A DNA stretch of 24,384 bases from Candidatus Uhrbacteria bacterium RIFCSPLOWO2_02_FULL_48_12 (GCA_001791425.1 MGEP01000030.1:1-24384); one strand, 5' to 3'. Positions 7,740 to 17,381 are shown, counted from the stretch's first letter. The notes: generated from the sequence alone by a model not told the origin. Translations and numbers: made by a program.

Positions 7740-9185
7740 TCATCCATAAAAACGCTTAAAATCAGGCCGGCTGACAGTGAGGGTATAAAGAAGCAGAACC
7801 AGCCCCAAGCCCAGCGGATGGTTTAGATAAGGACTGGCCACATGAACGGCCGCCACCGCCAATAAACCAGTCAATAACCCCGCCAGAGAGCTATTTAAAT
7901 TTAACGTTTGACTGGCCGCGGAAAATATTTTCCAAATTATCCAGACATATACCGCTAGACCAAGGAGGCCGATTTTTAACCAAATATCAAGATAGCCCCA
8001 TTCAAAGGCCGTCGTTGTATATCGCCCATCCGGGGAAAGACTGCGCACGCGAGGATCGTTGCTGGTATAGGTAACGGCGGCGCCAAAGCCGGCTCCCCAA
8101 ATCATATTTTTTTTGACAGCTGACCAGAGAGGAGTTAGTAAATTCCAGCGGCTGGAGGCCGCTTCCTCAATTTGCAGACGCTCCGACAAATTTAAAGTTC
8201 CGTCGGTGCTGGCGGCCGGCAGTGGTATTTTCATGACCCCTATAATAATGACGATTCCCAAAACGAAACTGATAATACTCGCCATTGTTAACATGGCCAA
8301 TTCTTTAAATTGGCGATTATATAGTTTCCAGAAGCCCACCGCGCCCATGCTTAAGATTAAACCAAACCAAAAGCTGCGAGAAAAGCTAATGAGCAAAGCA
8401 GACATAAATAAACTAAGGATAAAGATAATTTTGGGCGATATTAAAATAGAATAATCTGGTTCGCTTTTTGAGGCGACCATCCACCAAGCCACTAATACGT
8501 AAATTTGACTTTGTATAAAAATGCGCCAAGCGCCGGTGGTTGTCCAGGTAATCTCCCCTACCCCGCTATGGCGTACCCATTGATAAAGATCAGGCAGAAA
8601 AAACTCAAACTGATGAGTAAAAAAATACAATAGCAAAAGCGTTTTGACCGACAAATAAACGGCGCTGTAGAATAAAAGATAGGCCACACGCTCCAAGAAT
8701 TCTTTTTTTTGGGTGACGATAAATAAGGGCAGAAGGAGCCCGAGGAAAAAATAAGCATTGGCATCAAAAAATACCTGCCAAAATCCATAGCCGTGAGCGA
8801 GTCCGCGAATAAAGGACAGAAAGACAATAAAGCCCAGGGCCAATATTGGTTTGGCCCATCCCACTAATTTTAAAATTGCTTCTTTGTCTAAATTTTTTAT
8901 CTGCTGTAAGCTTACCAAGAACAGAATTATGAACGCCGCCAATCTAAAGGAGATAGTAATATCGTTATAGGTAAACAAAAAAAGATATCCCTTTGACCCC
9001 ACAAAAATTTCAGCCAGAGTAATTAATAGAGCCAGCTCCAGATTCCTTAAGGATACAACCAAAAAAGCAGTTACGGCGATAATAAACAGCGCTTGACTGA
9101 CCGTTGGTTCATAATGTCCCAAAAAAGACAAAAGGTCGGCCAATAGTAATCCCGCGATCCAATATTGAACTTCAGTTTTTGTCAT
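7740..9185 (-). CDS. O-antigen ligase/Wzy_C-like polytopic membrane protein
   Basis: About 12 hydrophobic segments; ISFSRSFW motif; extracytoplasmic loop with SSRWNL..MIWGAGFG and YLDIWLKIGLLG; last gene of the glycan operon. Confidence 0.8.
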   Translation of the reverse strand: MTKTEVQYWIAGLLLADLLSFLGHYEPTVSQALFIIAVTAFLVVSLRNLELALLITLAEIFVGSKGYLFLFTYNDITISFRLAAFIILFLVSLQQIKNLDKEAILKLVGWAKPILALGFIVFLSFIRGLAHGYGFWQVFFDANAYFFLGLLLPLFIVTQKKEFLERVAYLLFYSAVYLSVKTLLLLYFFTHQFEFFLPDLYQWVRHSGVGEITWTTTGAWRIFIQSQIYVLVAWWMVASKSEPDYSILISPKIIFILSLFMSALLISFSRSFWFGLILSMGAVGFWKLYNRQFKELAMLTMASIISFVLGIVIIIGVMKIPLPAASTDGTLNLSERLQIEEAASSRWNLLTPLWSAVKKNMIWGAGFGAAVTYTSNDPRVRSLSPDGRYTTTAFEWGYLDIWLKIGLLGLAVYVWIIWKIFSAASQTLNLNSSLAGLLTGLLAVAAVHVASPYLNHPLGLGLVLLLYTLTVSRPDFKRFYG

Positions 9186-9193
9186 GACGGCTT

Positions 9194-10117
9194 CTATAAA
9201 TTCTCATTCTTGGCCAGTCGTACGCCAAGGGAGTTGATAAACGTCAAGATTAATGCCGGACCCAAAGAGATAAAAGACACGATGGCAAGTAAGCTAGCTG
9301 GCAATACGCCATGGTGCTTCCAAAAATAGCGGCGAGAACTTCTGGCAAAATGCCATTGCCGCCAGAGAATCCGCCGCTGCTGAAAGGCGCTGGAACGGTG
9401 ATGCCGCACCACCGCCTCGGGGTAAAAGAAAATAATATAGCCGGCCTCATTAATTTTTTTGCAGAGATCCACTTCTTCAAAAAAAATAAAAAATTTTTCA
9501 TCAAAATAACCCACTTCGTCCAAAACTTTACGATTAATCATCATACAGGCGCCCATCACTTGATCAACGCGCCGCATCGTCTGATATTTAAACGACCACA
9601 TGTAATATCGTCTTATGGGCAGACTATTTGGGAAAAAATTGTGCAGCTTCAAGAGGATCATGAAGGCCGACCAAAAAGTTGGAAAACGTCGGCAAGAGCG
9701 CTGCAGGGAGCCGTTCGGATTCTCCAGTTTCGGGCCAACCAGGCCAACCAGCGGCTGCTCTTGCATAAACTCGTACATTTGCCATAGGGCGCCGCCTATC
9801 AACTCCGCATCCGGGTTTAGAAAAAGGATATAGCGGCCGCGGGCGGCGGCTAATCCTTGATTATTAGCCGCGGCAAAACCGCGATTTACCTTATTGACTA
9901 TGAACTGCACTGCTGGAAACAGGGTGCTCACCATCTCCGCTGTGCCATCGTTTGAATTATTATCTACCACGATTGTTTCCACGTTTAAGGCATGGCCGGC
10001 GCGGCGCGCTTGCTCAACTGAATTGACAATGCTAAGAAGTGCTTGCTTTAGCAGATGGCGAACGCGCCAGCTGACAATAATAACAGAAATATCGGGGGCG
10101 GCGGCGCTCTCGTTCAT
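9194..10117 (-). CDS. Glycosyltransferase family 2 (WbbL/rhamnosyltransferase-like)
   Basis: SVIIVSW, VVDNNSNDGT, NRGFAAANNQG, LFLNPDA, GACMMI, FDEKFFIFFEEVDLC. Confidence 0.9.
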   Translation of the reverse strand: MNESAAAPDISVIIVSWRVRHLLKQALLSIVNSVEQARRAGHALNVETIVVDNNSNDGTAEMVSTLFPAVQFIVNKVNRGFAAANNQGLAAARGRYILFLNPDAELIGGALWQMYEFMQEQPLVGLVGPKLENPNGSLQRSCRRFPTFWSAFMILLKLHNFFPNSLPIRRYYMWSFKYQTMRRVDQVMGACMMINRKVLDEVGYFDEKFFIFFEEVDLCKKINEAGYIIFFYPEAVVRHHRSSAFQQRRILWRQWHFARSSRRYFWKHHGVLPASLLAIVSFISLGPALILTFINSLGVRLAKNENL

Positions 10118-10836
10118 ATGAGGCCGTGCTTAAGTTGGACAATTTTTTTAGCCTCCAGGTAGCGGTGAAACGATGCTGGGGCGAGCCCAATCAAACGAAC
10201 AACCAAAGACCAAAAGTAATACCAGGCGCGCGGCCGCCAGGCGCTAATGCCGCGGCGAGTGACACGGGCCTGAAATAAAATTTCAGGCACAAATACTCCA
10301 ATGTGGCCTCCTTTCAGCATGGTTAACCACAGATCCCAGTCCTGAAAACGCTTAAGCTGTTCGTCAAAGCCGGGGAAACATTCGCGTCGGATAAGAGCCG
10401 AGGTATGAATATAATTGTTTTGCCGCAAGGCCGCCGCGTTAAAGGTTCGGCCGGTAAATTTTTTCCAGCCAAATTTGAAACTGCAGTAGGCGTAAGCGGC
10501 TTGAGGATTATTTTTTAGGGCGGCAAACATTTTTTTTAAAGCCGTCTGGTCAAAGATTAAATCAGCGTCAGCAAACAGCAAATAACTGCCGCGGGCCAGT
10601 TTAGCGCCGGCATTGCGGGCTCGGGGCGCGCCGCTATGATCTAATTTAAAATAACGAATGCACTGTTCTGGGCGGCAGCTCTGCGTATAATTATTCACGA
10701 TTTGTTCCGTGTCATCTGTTGATCCGTCGTCAACGATGATTGCTTCCCAATCGCTAAACGATTGGCGGCGTAAACTGGCTAAACAAGACGGCAGGGCCGC
10801 GCCGTGATTGTAGGCGGGAATGATGATACTAATCAT
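10114..10836 (-). CDS. Glycosyltransferase family 2 (GT-A fold)
   Basis: ISIIIPAYN, IVDDGSTD, GAPRARNAG, FADAD (DxD), FDEQLKRFQDWDLWL. Confidence 0.9.
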   Translation of the reverse strand: MISIIIPAYNHGAALPSCLASLRRQSFSDWEAIIVDDGSTDDTEQIVNNYTQSCRPEQCIRYFKLDHSGAPRARNAGAKLARGSYLLFADADLIFDQTALKKMFAALKNNPQAAYAYCSFKFGWKKFTGRTFNAAALRQNNYIHTSALIRRECFPGFDEQLKRFQDWDLWLTMLKGGHIGVFVPEILFQARVTRRGISAWRPRAWYYFWSLVVRLIGLAPASFHRYLEAKKIVQLKHGLI

Positions 10837-11972
10837 CGTGTTTGATGATTAAAAAATTCTAAGATTTTACTGGCGCCGGATCTGGCGCTAAAACCAAGAG
10901 CCCGTTTGCGTCCAGCCGCGCCCATACGAGCGGCGAGCGCCGGGTCATGAAGTAATTTAAGAATGGCGGCCGTGGTTGCCTTAATATCATTTTCCGGAAC
11001 CAGCAAGCCAGTTTCCCCGTCAACTATTGCCTCTGACACTCCGCCCGAGTAACTGCCAATAACGGGTTTACCGGCATAGCCGGCCTCTAAATAAACAATG
11101 CCCAATCCTTCCACGTCACCATTGGGCAGAGTGCGCGGTGTCATAATAAAGATAGCGGCGAGCGACAGCCAAGCAGTCGTCTCATCGTCGTCTAGTGCCC
11201 CCAAAAATTTAACTTGTTCATGGCGAGATAGAGTATTTTTAAGAATCTTTAGGCGCGCTCTCATTGGCCCATCGCCAATTATAAAATATCTTAAATCAGG
11301 TACCTCGCGCCAGACTATTTCCAGGGCGCGAAGCACAACATCATGTCCCTTGCGCTCCACCAATCGGCTGATAGTCAGCAAAACTGGCGCTTTTGCTAAA
11401 TCAAACTCGTCGCCCAAGCGTTTCACTAGCGCGGCGTTGGGGAATTTGCTTAAGGCAGGGCTTGGATAAATAACCGTAATTTTCGCGGACGGTACGTCCA
11501 GTTCTTTAATCAAGCCAGCCACGAATTTATTGGCTGCAAAAATACCGTTGGCTCTATGGAAAATTTTTTTAATCAGCCATTTTTTGCGTTTTGATTTCAT
11601 CGGTTTCAACACATCCAGGCCATGAACAAACACGGCATAATGCAGGGGCCGCACCAGACTAAGCAGCCACACTGCCGTGCCGAGCGGCAATACTTGGCCG
11701 ACTATAATCTGATCAATGCCTTGCTGTTCTAAGTATGCGTCCAGTCTAAAAATCGTTACCAGCCAGCGCGGCCAGCCCCAAGAGCTAAGCAAGGGAGAGC
11801 GCCGGATAGTATAATTATCGGTATAAAAGGCGTCTGGCGATATTTCGGCGGTTGACGGTGCCGCCCATACGACTATTCGTTCAGGGGGCATGGCTCGGGC
11901 GAGCTCGCGATACATTCGGCCCACGCCGCCCGACGGCGGATATTCAAGAGTTAATAACAGTATTTTACCCAT
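10833..11972 (-). CDS. Glycosyltransferase family 4 (GT-B fold)
   Basis: YPPSGGV, VFVHGLD, SRLVERKGHD, EGLGIVYLEA (E-x7-E) GKPVI and GGVSEAIVDGETG. Confidence 0.9.
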   Translation of the reverse strand: MGKILLLTLEYPPSGGVGRMYRELARAMPPERIVVWAAPSTAEISPDAFYTDNYTIRRSPLLSSWGWPRWLVTIFRLDAYLEQQGIDQIIVGQVLPLGTAVWLLSLVRPLHYAVFVHGLDVLKPMKSKRKKWLIKKIFHRANGIFAANKFVAGLIKELDVPSAKITVIYPSPALSKFPNAALVKRLGDEFDLAKAPVLLTISRLVERKGHDVVLRALEIVWREVPDLRYFIIGDGPMRARLKILKNTLSRHEQVKFLGALDDDETTAWLSLAAIFIMTPRTLPNGDVEGLGIVYLEAGYAGKPVIGSYSGGVSEAIVDGETGLLVPENDIKATTAAILKLLHDPALAARMGAAGRKRALGFSARSGASKILEFFNHQTR

Positions 11973-11985
11973 AAGCAGGAATATG

Positions 11986-13464
11986 TTATTCAGAACTGGA
12001 GACTGTAATTAATTCAGCTTCGCGCCGGTGAAATAATCCCCAAAAATACTGCACGTCGGCCAGTGATAATTCGCGCAGCGCAAAAAGCCCGGCCGTATAA
12101 ATTATGCCGCTGAGCAACACCACCAGCAATAACGGCATAAACGCAGTCATGGCCAGCGTCGCCCATCCCATTACAGCCACAGATACCAAAACTCGGCCTA
12201 AAGATTTTACGAGCGGCCATATTCGGTAAGCCACCACCAAACGCGCCAGCCATAATCCAATTAGCAAAACAGCCGCATTGGTAATAAACCATGACCAGCT
12301 TGCTCCAATGTAGCTAAGAGCAGGAATCAGCCATATATTTAAACCAATATTTATAATCATGCTAAGTCCAATGACCGCGGTCTGCCAGTGCTGGCGGTTG
12401 GCGGCGTTTAACAGCGCTCCCAGAGGGAAGGACAAAAAAACAAAAACCAGACTGGGCACAAGAATGCGCACGGCCAGAGCCGCTGGCCAATAGTCTGCCC
12501 CCAATTGCGCCACGAACTGATCGGCTAGGACAAAGAGCCCAATAGCCAAAGGCGCGCTGATAAGAAGAAGGTAGCGAAACGATTGCTCAAAAATATCACG
12601 CAGCCGTTCCGGGGCATGGCGGTGATAATAACTCATGGCCGGAAAGACCGCCGCCATAAAAGCCATGGGAATAAATTGAAAGGCATTCATTGTTTTAGCC
12701 GCTACGCTGTAAATGCCCACGGCCTGACTGCCTTTCAGAAAACTTAAAAGCACGGAATCGCTATAGGCGTACACCGCGGCAAAAATATTTGCCAGAGCAA
12801 ATGGCAGGGCCAATTTTTTAAGTTCTAGAATAACTATTTTATTCAGGCGCGGCCGCCACGATAAATGAAGCTCGCGGTTGAGAAAGTATGTTAGGGCAAA
12901 AAACGAAACAATACTGCCGGCGAGTATAGTGAGAGCTACATTGAGCGCGGAGGGCCAAAGGTAAAGCGCCACCAGGCCGAGACCAAGAATCAGAACTTTA
13001 TTCAGAATAACAACTATTGATTCAAACCAAAGATTTTGCCGCCCTCGAAAAACGCTTGTCCCAGTGAGAGCGAAAGAGTCAACAATCATAACAGCGCCGG
13101 CGACGATAATCAGTGCTAACGGCGGATGGCCGCCACCCAATAGCCGAACCGCATAAACCGTGCCCACTAAGGCGCCAAAAGCAATTACCGATAACCATAA
13201 TTTTATAGCGATAATGTTACCGAGATAGATAACGCTCTTTGATTCGTCGTGCGCCAGCTCACGTATGAGAACCGGCCCTAGTCCAAAATCCGCGAAAACC
13301 CCAAAAATGGAGCTCAAAGAAAAAGCGGCCACATACTCCCCGGTTCCGCCATTCCCTAAGGTTTTAGCGATAAATAAAAAGAAGAAGAAAGAAAGTATCT
13401 TCTGAACAACAAGAGCGACCGTTAGATAGGTTGTATTTTTAGCAATATTTTCTGGCGACGGCAT
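11986..13464 (-). CDS. wzx: Wzx-type polysaccharide flippase (MOP superfamily)
   Basis: IAKNT..., FADFGLGPVLIRE, YSDSVLLSFL..QAVGIYSVA, LNIWLIPALSYIGA; about 12-14 TM segments. Confidence 0.88.
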   Translation of the reverse strand: MPSPENIAKNTTYLTVALVVQKILSFFFFLFIAKTLGNGGTGEYVAAFSLSSIFGVFADFGLGPVLIRELAHDESKSVIYLGNIIAIKLWLSVIAFGALVGTVYAVRLLGGGHPPLALIIVAGAVMIVDSFALTGTSVFRGRQNLWFESIVVILNKVLILGLGLVALYLWPSALNVALTILAGSIVSFFALTYFLNRELHLSWRPRLNKIVILELKKLALPFALANIFAAVYAYSDSVLLSFLKGSQAVGIYSVAAKTMNAFQFIPMAFMAAVFPAMSYYHRHAPERLRDIFEQSFRYLLLISAPLAIGLFVLADQFVAQLGADYWPAALAVRILVPSLVFVFLSFPLGALLNAANRQHWQTAVIGLSMIINIGLNIWLIPALSYIGASWSWFITNAAVLLIGLWLARLVVAYRIWPLVKSLGRVLVSVAVMGWATLAMTAFMPLLLVVLLSGIIYTAGLFALRELSLADVQYFWGLFHRREAELITVSSSE

Positions 13465-13545
13465 ATTGATTATGAGTGACCCGGCCTCTACTCAATGATT
13501 AACGGGGCAGAATGAATTTTAACATATTAAAGAAACCATAGCTAA

Positions 13546-13580
13546 CTGAAAAACGAAGGCTGTTTGACCTTCGCTTTCAG
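13546..13580 (-). terminator. Rho-independent terminator after rpsI
   Basis: Minus strand GCGAAGG-tcaaacag-CCTTCGT followed by a T-run, about 20 nt after the rpsI stop. Confidence 0.65.
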
Positions 13581-13600
13581 TATAGAGTTTAGGGTGACGA

Positions 13601-14149
13601 TTATCGTTTTTGCCATTGCGGCGCACGTCTGGCCCGTTTAAGACCCGGCTTTTTACGTTCTTTCTCGCGAGGATCGCGCGTTAAGTATCCCATTTTACGC
13701 AAAACAGGACGCCAATCTGCGTTATGAACAAGCAAGGCTCTCGCCAAAGCCAGACGGATGGCCTCGGCTTGGGCAGGCAAACCGCCGCCGCTCACTTTAA
13801 CGGATATATCAATATCCTTATCTAATCCTACCAACGGTAGTGGTTCGGTCACCACCTCCTGCCATAAGGCAAACGGAAAATATTGTTTGTAGTTTTTGTT
13901 GTTAACTATTAACTGCCCGCTCCCCTGCATCTTGAGACGCAATCGCGCTATTGCTGTTTTTCGCCGGCCTACCGTTTGGATGTAATCGCGTTTATGCTCT
14001 ATTATTTTTGCGGGCGGGACATTGGCCGCTGATTTTTTGGCTGTCGGTCTTGCCTGAACGTGCTCGCGCCGCGTGGCGGCGGTACGCTTCGTTCGGGGTA
14101 ACGATCTGGCAGCAGTCGGTTTATTTGTTTTTGGTTTAGTCGCAGTCAT
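13601..14149 (-). CDS. rpsI: 30S ribosomal protein S9 with a basic N-terminal extension
   Basis: TVGRRKTAIARLRL, VSGGGLPAQAEAIRLALARAL, LTRDPREKERKKPGLKRARRAPQWQKR. Confidence 0.97.
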   Translation of the reverse strand: MTATKPKTNKPTAARSLPRTKRTAATRREHVQARPTAKKSAANVPPAKIIEHKRDYIQTVGRRKTAIARLRLKMQGSGQLIVNNKNYKQYFPFALWQEVVTEPLPLVGLDKDIDISVKVSGGGLPAQAEAIRLALARALLVHNADWRPVLRKMGYLTRDPREKERKKPGLKRARRAPQWQKR

Positions 14150-14159
14150 AAAAATATCA

Positions 14160-14540
14160 TTATCTTGTTTTTAGATCTTCGGCTTCAAATTTTAAACGCC
14201 TTAGCCATTTTTTGCGCAAGGTATTATCCGGCAGCATTTGTTTGACCACGCGAACAAAAACCGAGGCCGGATTCTTAGACCATAAATCTTGCAGTAAATC
14301 CTGACGCATACCGCCGGGATAACCGCTGTAGTGAAAATATTTTTTTTGTCCGATCTTTTTGCCAGTAAAAACAGCTCGCCTAATGTTTTTTATAATTACC
14401 GTATCGCCGCAATCGCGGTTTGGCGCGTAAACAGCTTTATTTTTCCCCTGTAATATAAGGGCAATGCTTGAGGCCAAGCGGCCAACTGTTTGGCCAGCGG
14501 CGTCCACCACATGAATTTTGCGCGTTATAGCAGCGGGCAT
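14160..14540 (-). CDS. rplM: 50S ribosomal protein L13
   Basis: VVDAAGQTVGRLAS, GKNKAVYAPNRDCGD, YFHYSGYPGG, VKQMLP. Confidence 0.97.
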   Translation of the reverse strand: MPAAITRKIHVVDAAGQTVGRLASSIALILQGKNKAVYAPNRDCGDTVIIKNIRRAVFTGKKIGQKKYFHYSGYPGGMRQDLLQDLWSKNPASVFVRVVKQMLPDNTLRKKWLRRLKFEAEDLKTR

Positions 14541-14544
14541 AGTG

Positions 14545-14898
14545 TTAATCTATTAATTCTAAGCGCACTGTTTTGGCGTTATCTCCGAGGCGACGCGACA
14601 GCTTTATGATTCTACTATAACCTCCCGTACGATTCTTGTATCGCGGCCCCAAATCCTCAACTACCTTGGCCGCGGCATTTTTTACCGGTAAAATTCTTAA
14701 GAGCTCGCGTCGCGCCGCAAGATCGCCCTTGCGCCCAAGAGAAATCAGGCGCTCGACCATGCTCTTTACGGCCTTGGCGCGCGCAGTCGTGGTTGTTACT
14801 TTTTCATATAAAATTAAACTTGACGCTAAATTGCGCAGCATTAAATTACGCGGCTGTGCTTTTCTATCTAAAGTTTTTCCCTTATGGCGATGACGCAT
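14545..14898 (-). CDS. rplQ: 50S ribosomal protein L17
   Basis: MRHRHKGKTLDR, LRNLASSLI, TTTARAK, RTGGYSRIIK, RLGDNA. Confidence 0.97.
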   Translation of the reverse strand: MRHRHKGKTLDRKAQPRNLMLRNLASSLILYEKVTTTTARAKAVKSMVERLISLGRKGDLAARRELLRILPVKNAAAKVVEDLGPRYKNRTGGYSRIIKLSRRLGDNAKTVRLELID

Positions 14899-14908
14899 TT
14901 TGTTATCT

Positions 14909-15706
14909 TTATTCTTCTTTGACTTTTGGTTTACGGCCTCGCTTTTTCTTCGGCGCTACTGCTGTTTCTTCTGGCACCGTCACCGTGGTGTCCGCCGCCG
15001 CCGTTTCCGCTGCCGTGACTAGACTCTCAGAAACAAGCATGAGGTGGCTGGTTAAAAGTTTGCCAGCCGCCAAAACTGCCTCGGCCGCCGTTATCGTGCC
15101 GTCGGTGGAAATATTCATGATTAATTTATCATAATTAGTCATTTGCCCGACGCGCGCCGGTTCTATTCTGAAGGTTACTTGGTGAACTGGTGAAAAAAAT
15201 GAATCAATGGCAATAGTGCCTATCTCCATTTTTTCTTTTTCTCTGGCTTCGGTGGGTACATAACCGCGTCCTTGGCTGACCCAAATATCCATTTCTAGCT
15301 CTGCATTGCGCGCGGTGAGGGTGGCAATGAGTAAGTCTGGATTCACAATTATCACATTGCTGTCTTTCTCAATATCGGCGGCCGTAACCCGGCACTCGCC
15401 CTTAGCCGCTAGACGCAATCTAACGGGCTCGTCGCTAAACACCTTCACGCGCAATTGTTTTAAATTGAGAATAATTTGCAAAACATCTTCCTGCACTTTG
15501 GGCAAGGTTGTGAATTCGTGCGGGGCATTCTGTATTTTTACGGCTGTCACCGCCGCTCCCGGAAGCGATGAAAGCAATACCCGTCTCAAGGCAATGCCGA
15601 TCGTCGTACCATAACCCGGATAGAGCGGCTCAATTACCAGCGTGCCCGTTCGCGCGTCCGCCTCCCTTTGATAGTCTATCTTCGTCGGAAGAGAAATTTG
15701 CTCCAT
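14909..15706 (-). CDS. rpoA: RNA polymerase alpha subunit, NTD only plus a low-complexity basic tail
   Basis: IEPLYPGYGTTIGIALRRVLLSSLPGAAVT, HEFTT, QGRGYVP, IDSFFSPV, RVGQMTNYDKL. No alphaCTD; ends APKKKRGRKPKVKEE. Confidence 0.96.
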   Translation of the reverse strand: MEQISLPTKIDYQREADARTGTLVIEPLYPGYGTTIGIALRRVLLSSLPGAAVTAVKIQNAPHEFTTLPKVQEDVLQIILNLKQLRVKVFSDEPVRLRLAAKGECRVTAADIEKDSNVIIVNPDLLIATLTARNAELEMDIWVSQGRGYVPTEAREKEKMEIGTIAIDSFFSPVHQVTFRIEPARVGQMTNYDKLIMNISTDGTITAAEAVLAAGKLLTSHLMLVSESLVTAAETAAADTTVTVPEETAVAPKKKRGRKPKVKEE

Positions 15707-15716
15707 ATAAAAATTT

Positions 15717-16328
15717 TTAACGAGAATAAAATTCGACGACGAGCGTCATATTTATGTTTTTGGGAAAATCGTTCTGGCTGGGCAAAGACATAACCTTGCC
15801 TGATAAATTAGCATCCTCAAACATGAGCCAGCTCACAGGCGTGCGCGCTTGTGTGTACTCCCCTATCGCCTTTAGGCGCGCACTATTTTTTGCTTCTTTC
15901 TTTAGGGAAATCGTTTCGCCAACCTTGACAATGTAGGACGGAATGTTGACGCGCTGGCCATTAACTAATACCCAGCCGTGGCTAACGAGTTGCCGCGCCT
16001 CCTGTCGGGAACGAGCAAAACCAAGTCGCCAAACAACATTATCTAAGCGCCGCTCCAACTGCTGAAGAAAAATTTCTGCCGTGTTGCCGGTCTGGGATAG
16101 CGCTTGTTCGTAATAACGTCTAAACTGTCTCTCCATCACTCCATATGTGTATTTCGCTTTTTGTTTTTCCCTTAGCTGTGTCCCGTACTCGGTGACGCGG
16201 CCATATCCTTTGGGGCCATGCACGCCCGGCGGATAAGCGCGGCGCATCACCGGGCACTTTTCTGAAGTACAAACACGCTCCCCTAAGCGGCGGCAGAGAT
16301 GATGTTTTGGACCAAGCAATCGACCCAT
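15717..16328 (-). CDS. rpsD: 30S ribosomal protein S4 (start corrected to ATG 16328, 203 aa)
   Basis: MGRLLGPKHHLCRRLG, YPPGVHG, EYGTQLREKQKAK, LERRLDNVVWRLGFA, VEFYSR. The upstream part of the track ORF overlaps rpsK. Confidence 0.96.
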   Translation of the reverse strand: MGRLLGPKHHLCRRLGERVCTSEKCPVMRRAYPPGVHGPKGYGRVTEYGTQLREKQKAKYTYGVMERQFRRYYEQALSQTGNTAEIFLQQLERRLDNVVWRLGFARSRQEARQLVSHGWVLVNGQRVNIPSYIVKVGETISLKKEAKNSARLKAIGEYTQARTPVSWLMFEDANLSGKVMSLPSQNDFPKNINMTLVVEFYSR

Positions 16329-16332
16329 AAAA

Positions 16333-16818
16333 CTAGACTCTCCTTGGCCGCGGCGGACGACAGCCGTTGTGCGGAATGGGTGTAACATCGCGGATGGAAA
16401 GAACTTGCAGACCATTGGCGTGCAGGGCGCGAATAGCGGCTTCACGTCCAGAGCCCACGCCGCGAACAAAAACACTAACTTCGCTCAAACCATAGGGTTT
16501 AACTTTTTCCACTACGTCCCTAACGATAACGCCGGCGGCGTATGGCGTTGATTTTTTTGGGCCGCGAAAGCCCATCCGTCCGGCGCTGGACCAGGCCAAT
16601 ACATTACCTTGTAAATCGCTCAGCGTCACTATGGTATTGTTATAGGTGGCCTGCACATGCGCATGGCCAGTGCGTACCTGACGGATTACTTTTCTGCGCC
16701 GTGAACGCACCATCGGACTCTTTTTTTCGGGCGTCGGTTGTTCAGCTGGCGGCGAATCAGCCGCGCTACTAGCGAGTTCAGTTGGTAGTGTCGGCTCTGA
16801 TGATGGCGTGGTAATCAT
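16333..16818 (-). CDS. rpsK: 30S ribosomal protein S11 with an N-terminal extension (start probably ATG 16818)
   Basis: AHVQATYNNTIVT, AWSSAG, GPKKSTPYAA, GVGSGREAAIRAL, DVTPIPHNGCRPPRPRRV; AGGGTG lies 6 nt before ATG 16818. Confidence 0.96.
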   Translation of the reverse strand: MITTPSSEPTLPTELASSAADSPPAEQPTPEKKSPMVRSRRRKVIRQVRTGHAHVQATYNNTIVTLSDLQGNVLAWSSAGRMGFRGPKKSTPYAAGVIVRDVVEKVKPYGLSEVSVFVRGVGSGREAAIRALHANGLQVLSIRDVTPIPHNGCRPPRPRRV

Positions 16819-16828
16819 AAAATTCACC

Positions 16829-17221
16829 CTAGGTTTTTTGATGAGCATCTTTGCGCCCGCTGCCCATTGTGCGGCGGACGTTGCCGCGGACTGTGCGAGT
16901 ATTGGTTTTAGTACGCTGGCCGCGTAATGGCAAATGTTTTATATGACGAACCCCACGATAACAGCCAATGTCCTTTAGCCGCCTGATGTGCATGAGAATG
17001 TCGCGCTTGAGGTCGCCTTCCACCCTAAGTTTTTTATTTTCAATTTGTTCGCGAATGGCGCTAAGCTGGTTCTCTTTTAAATCTTTGACTCTAATGTTGC
17101 CGTCAATTTTTGCCCCGGCCAAAATGGAGTGCGACAAGTTAATCCCTACACCGTAAATGTAAGTCAGAGCGATTTCTATGCGTTTGTCGTTCGGTAAAGT
17201 TACGCCGGCAATGCGAGCCAT
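16829..17221 (-). CDS. rpsM: 30S ribosomal protein S13
   Basis: [46 protein letters not shown]. Confidence 0.97.
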   Translation of the reverse strand: MARIAGVTLPNDKRIEIALTYIYGVGINLSHSILAGAKIDGNIRVKDLKENQLSAIREQIENKKLRVEGDLKRDILMHIRRLKDIGCYRGVRHIKHLPLRGQRTKTNTRTVRGNVRRTMGSGRKDAHQKT

Positions 17222-17244
17222 ACAAAGAATTACTCAGAATTTAG

Positions 17245-17358
17245 TTAGCCCTGTCGCTGTTTGTGCTTCGGTGTTGTGCAAACAACAATCAACCGCTTTC
17301 GACGGCGGATGACACGGCACTGTTTGCACATTTTTTTGACCGAGGCGCGAACCTTCAT
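17245..17358 (-). CDS. rpmJ: 50S ribosomal protein L36 (not in the ORF track; 37 aa, Zn-type)
   Basis: Manual translation gives [37 protein letters not shown]; lies between infA and rpsM. Confidence 0.97.
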   Translation of the reverse strand: MKVRASVKKMCKQCRVIRRRKRLIVVCTTPKHKQRQG

Positions 17359-17381
17359 GAGCGACATTTATAAAACAAAAA

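Noticed and set aside
16329-16475. N-terminal extension of S4 in the ORF track
   Set aside because: It overlaps rpsK on the same strand in another frame; canonical S4 starts at ATG 16328.
16819-16848. Longest start of rpsK (16848)
   Set aside because: It overlaps the rpsM end; ATG 16818 has an SD-like AGGGTG.
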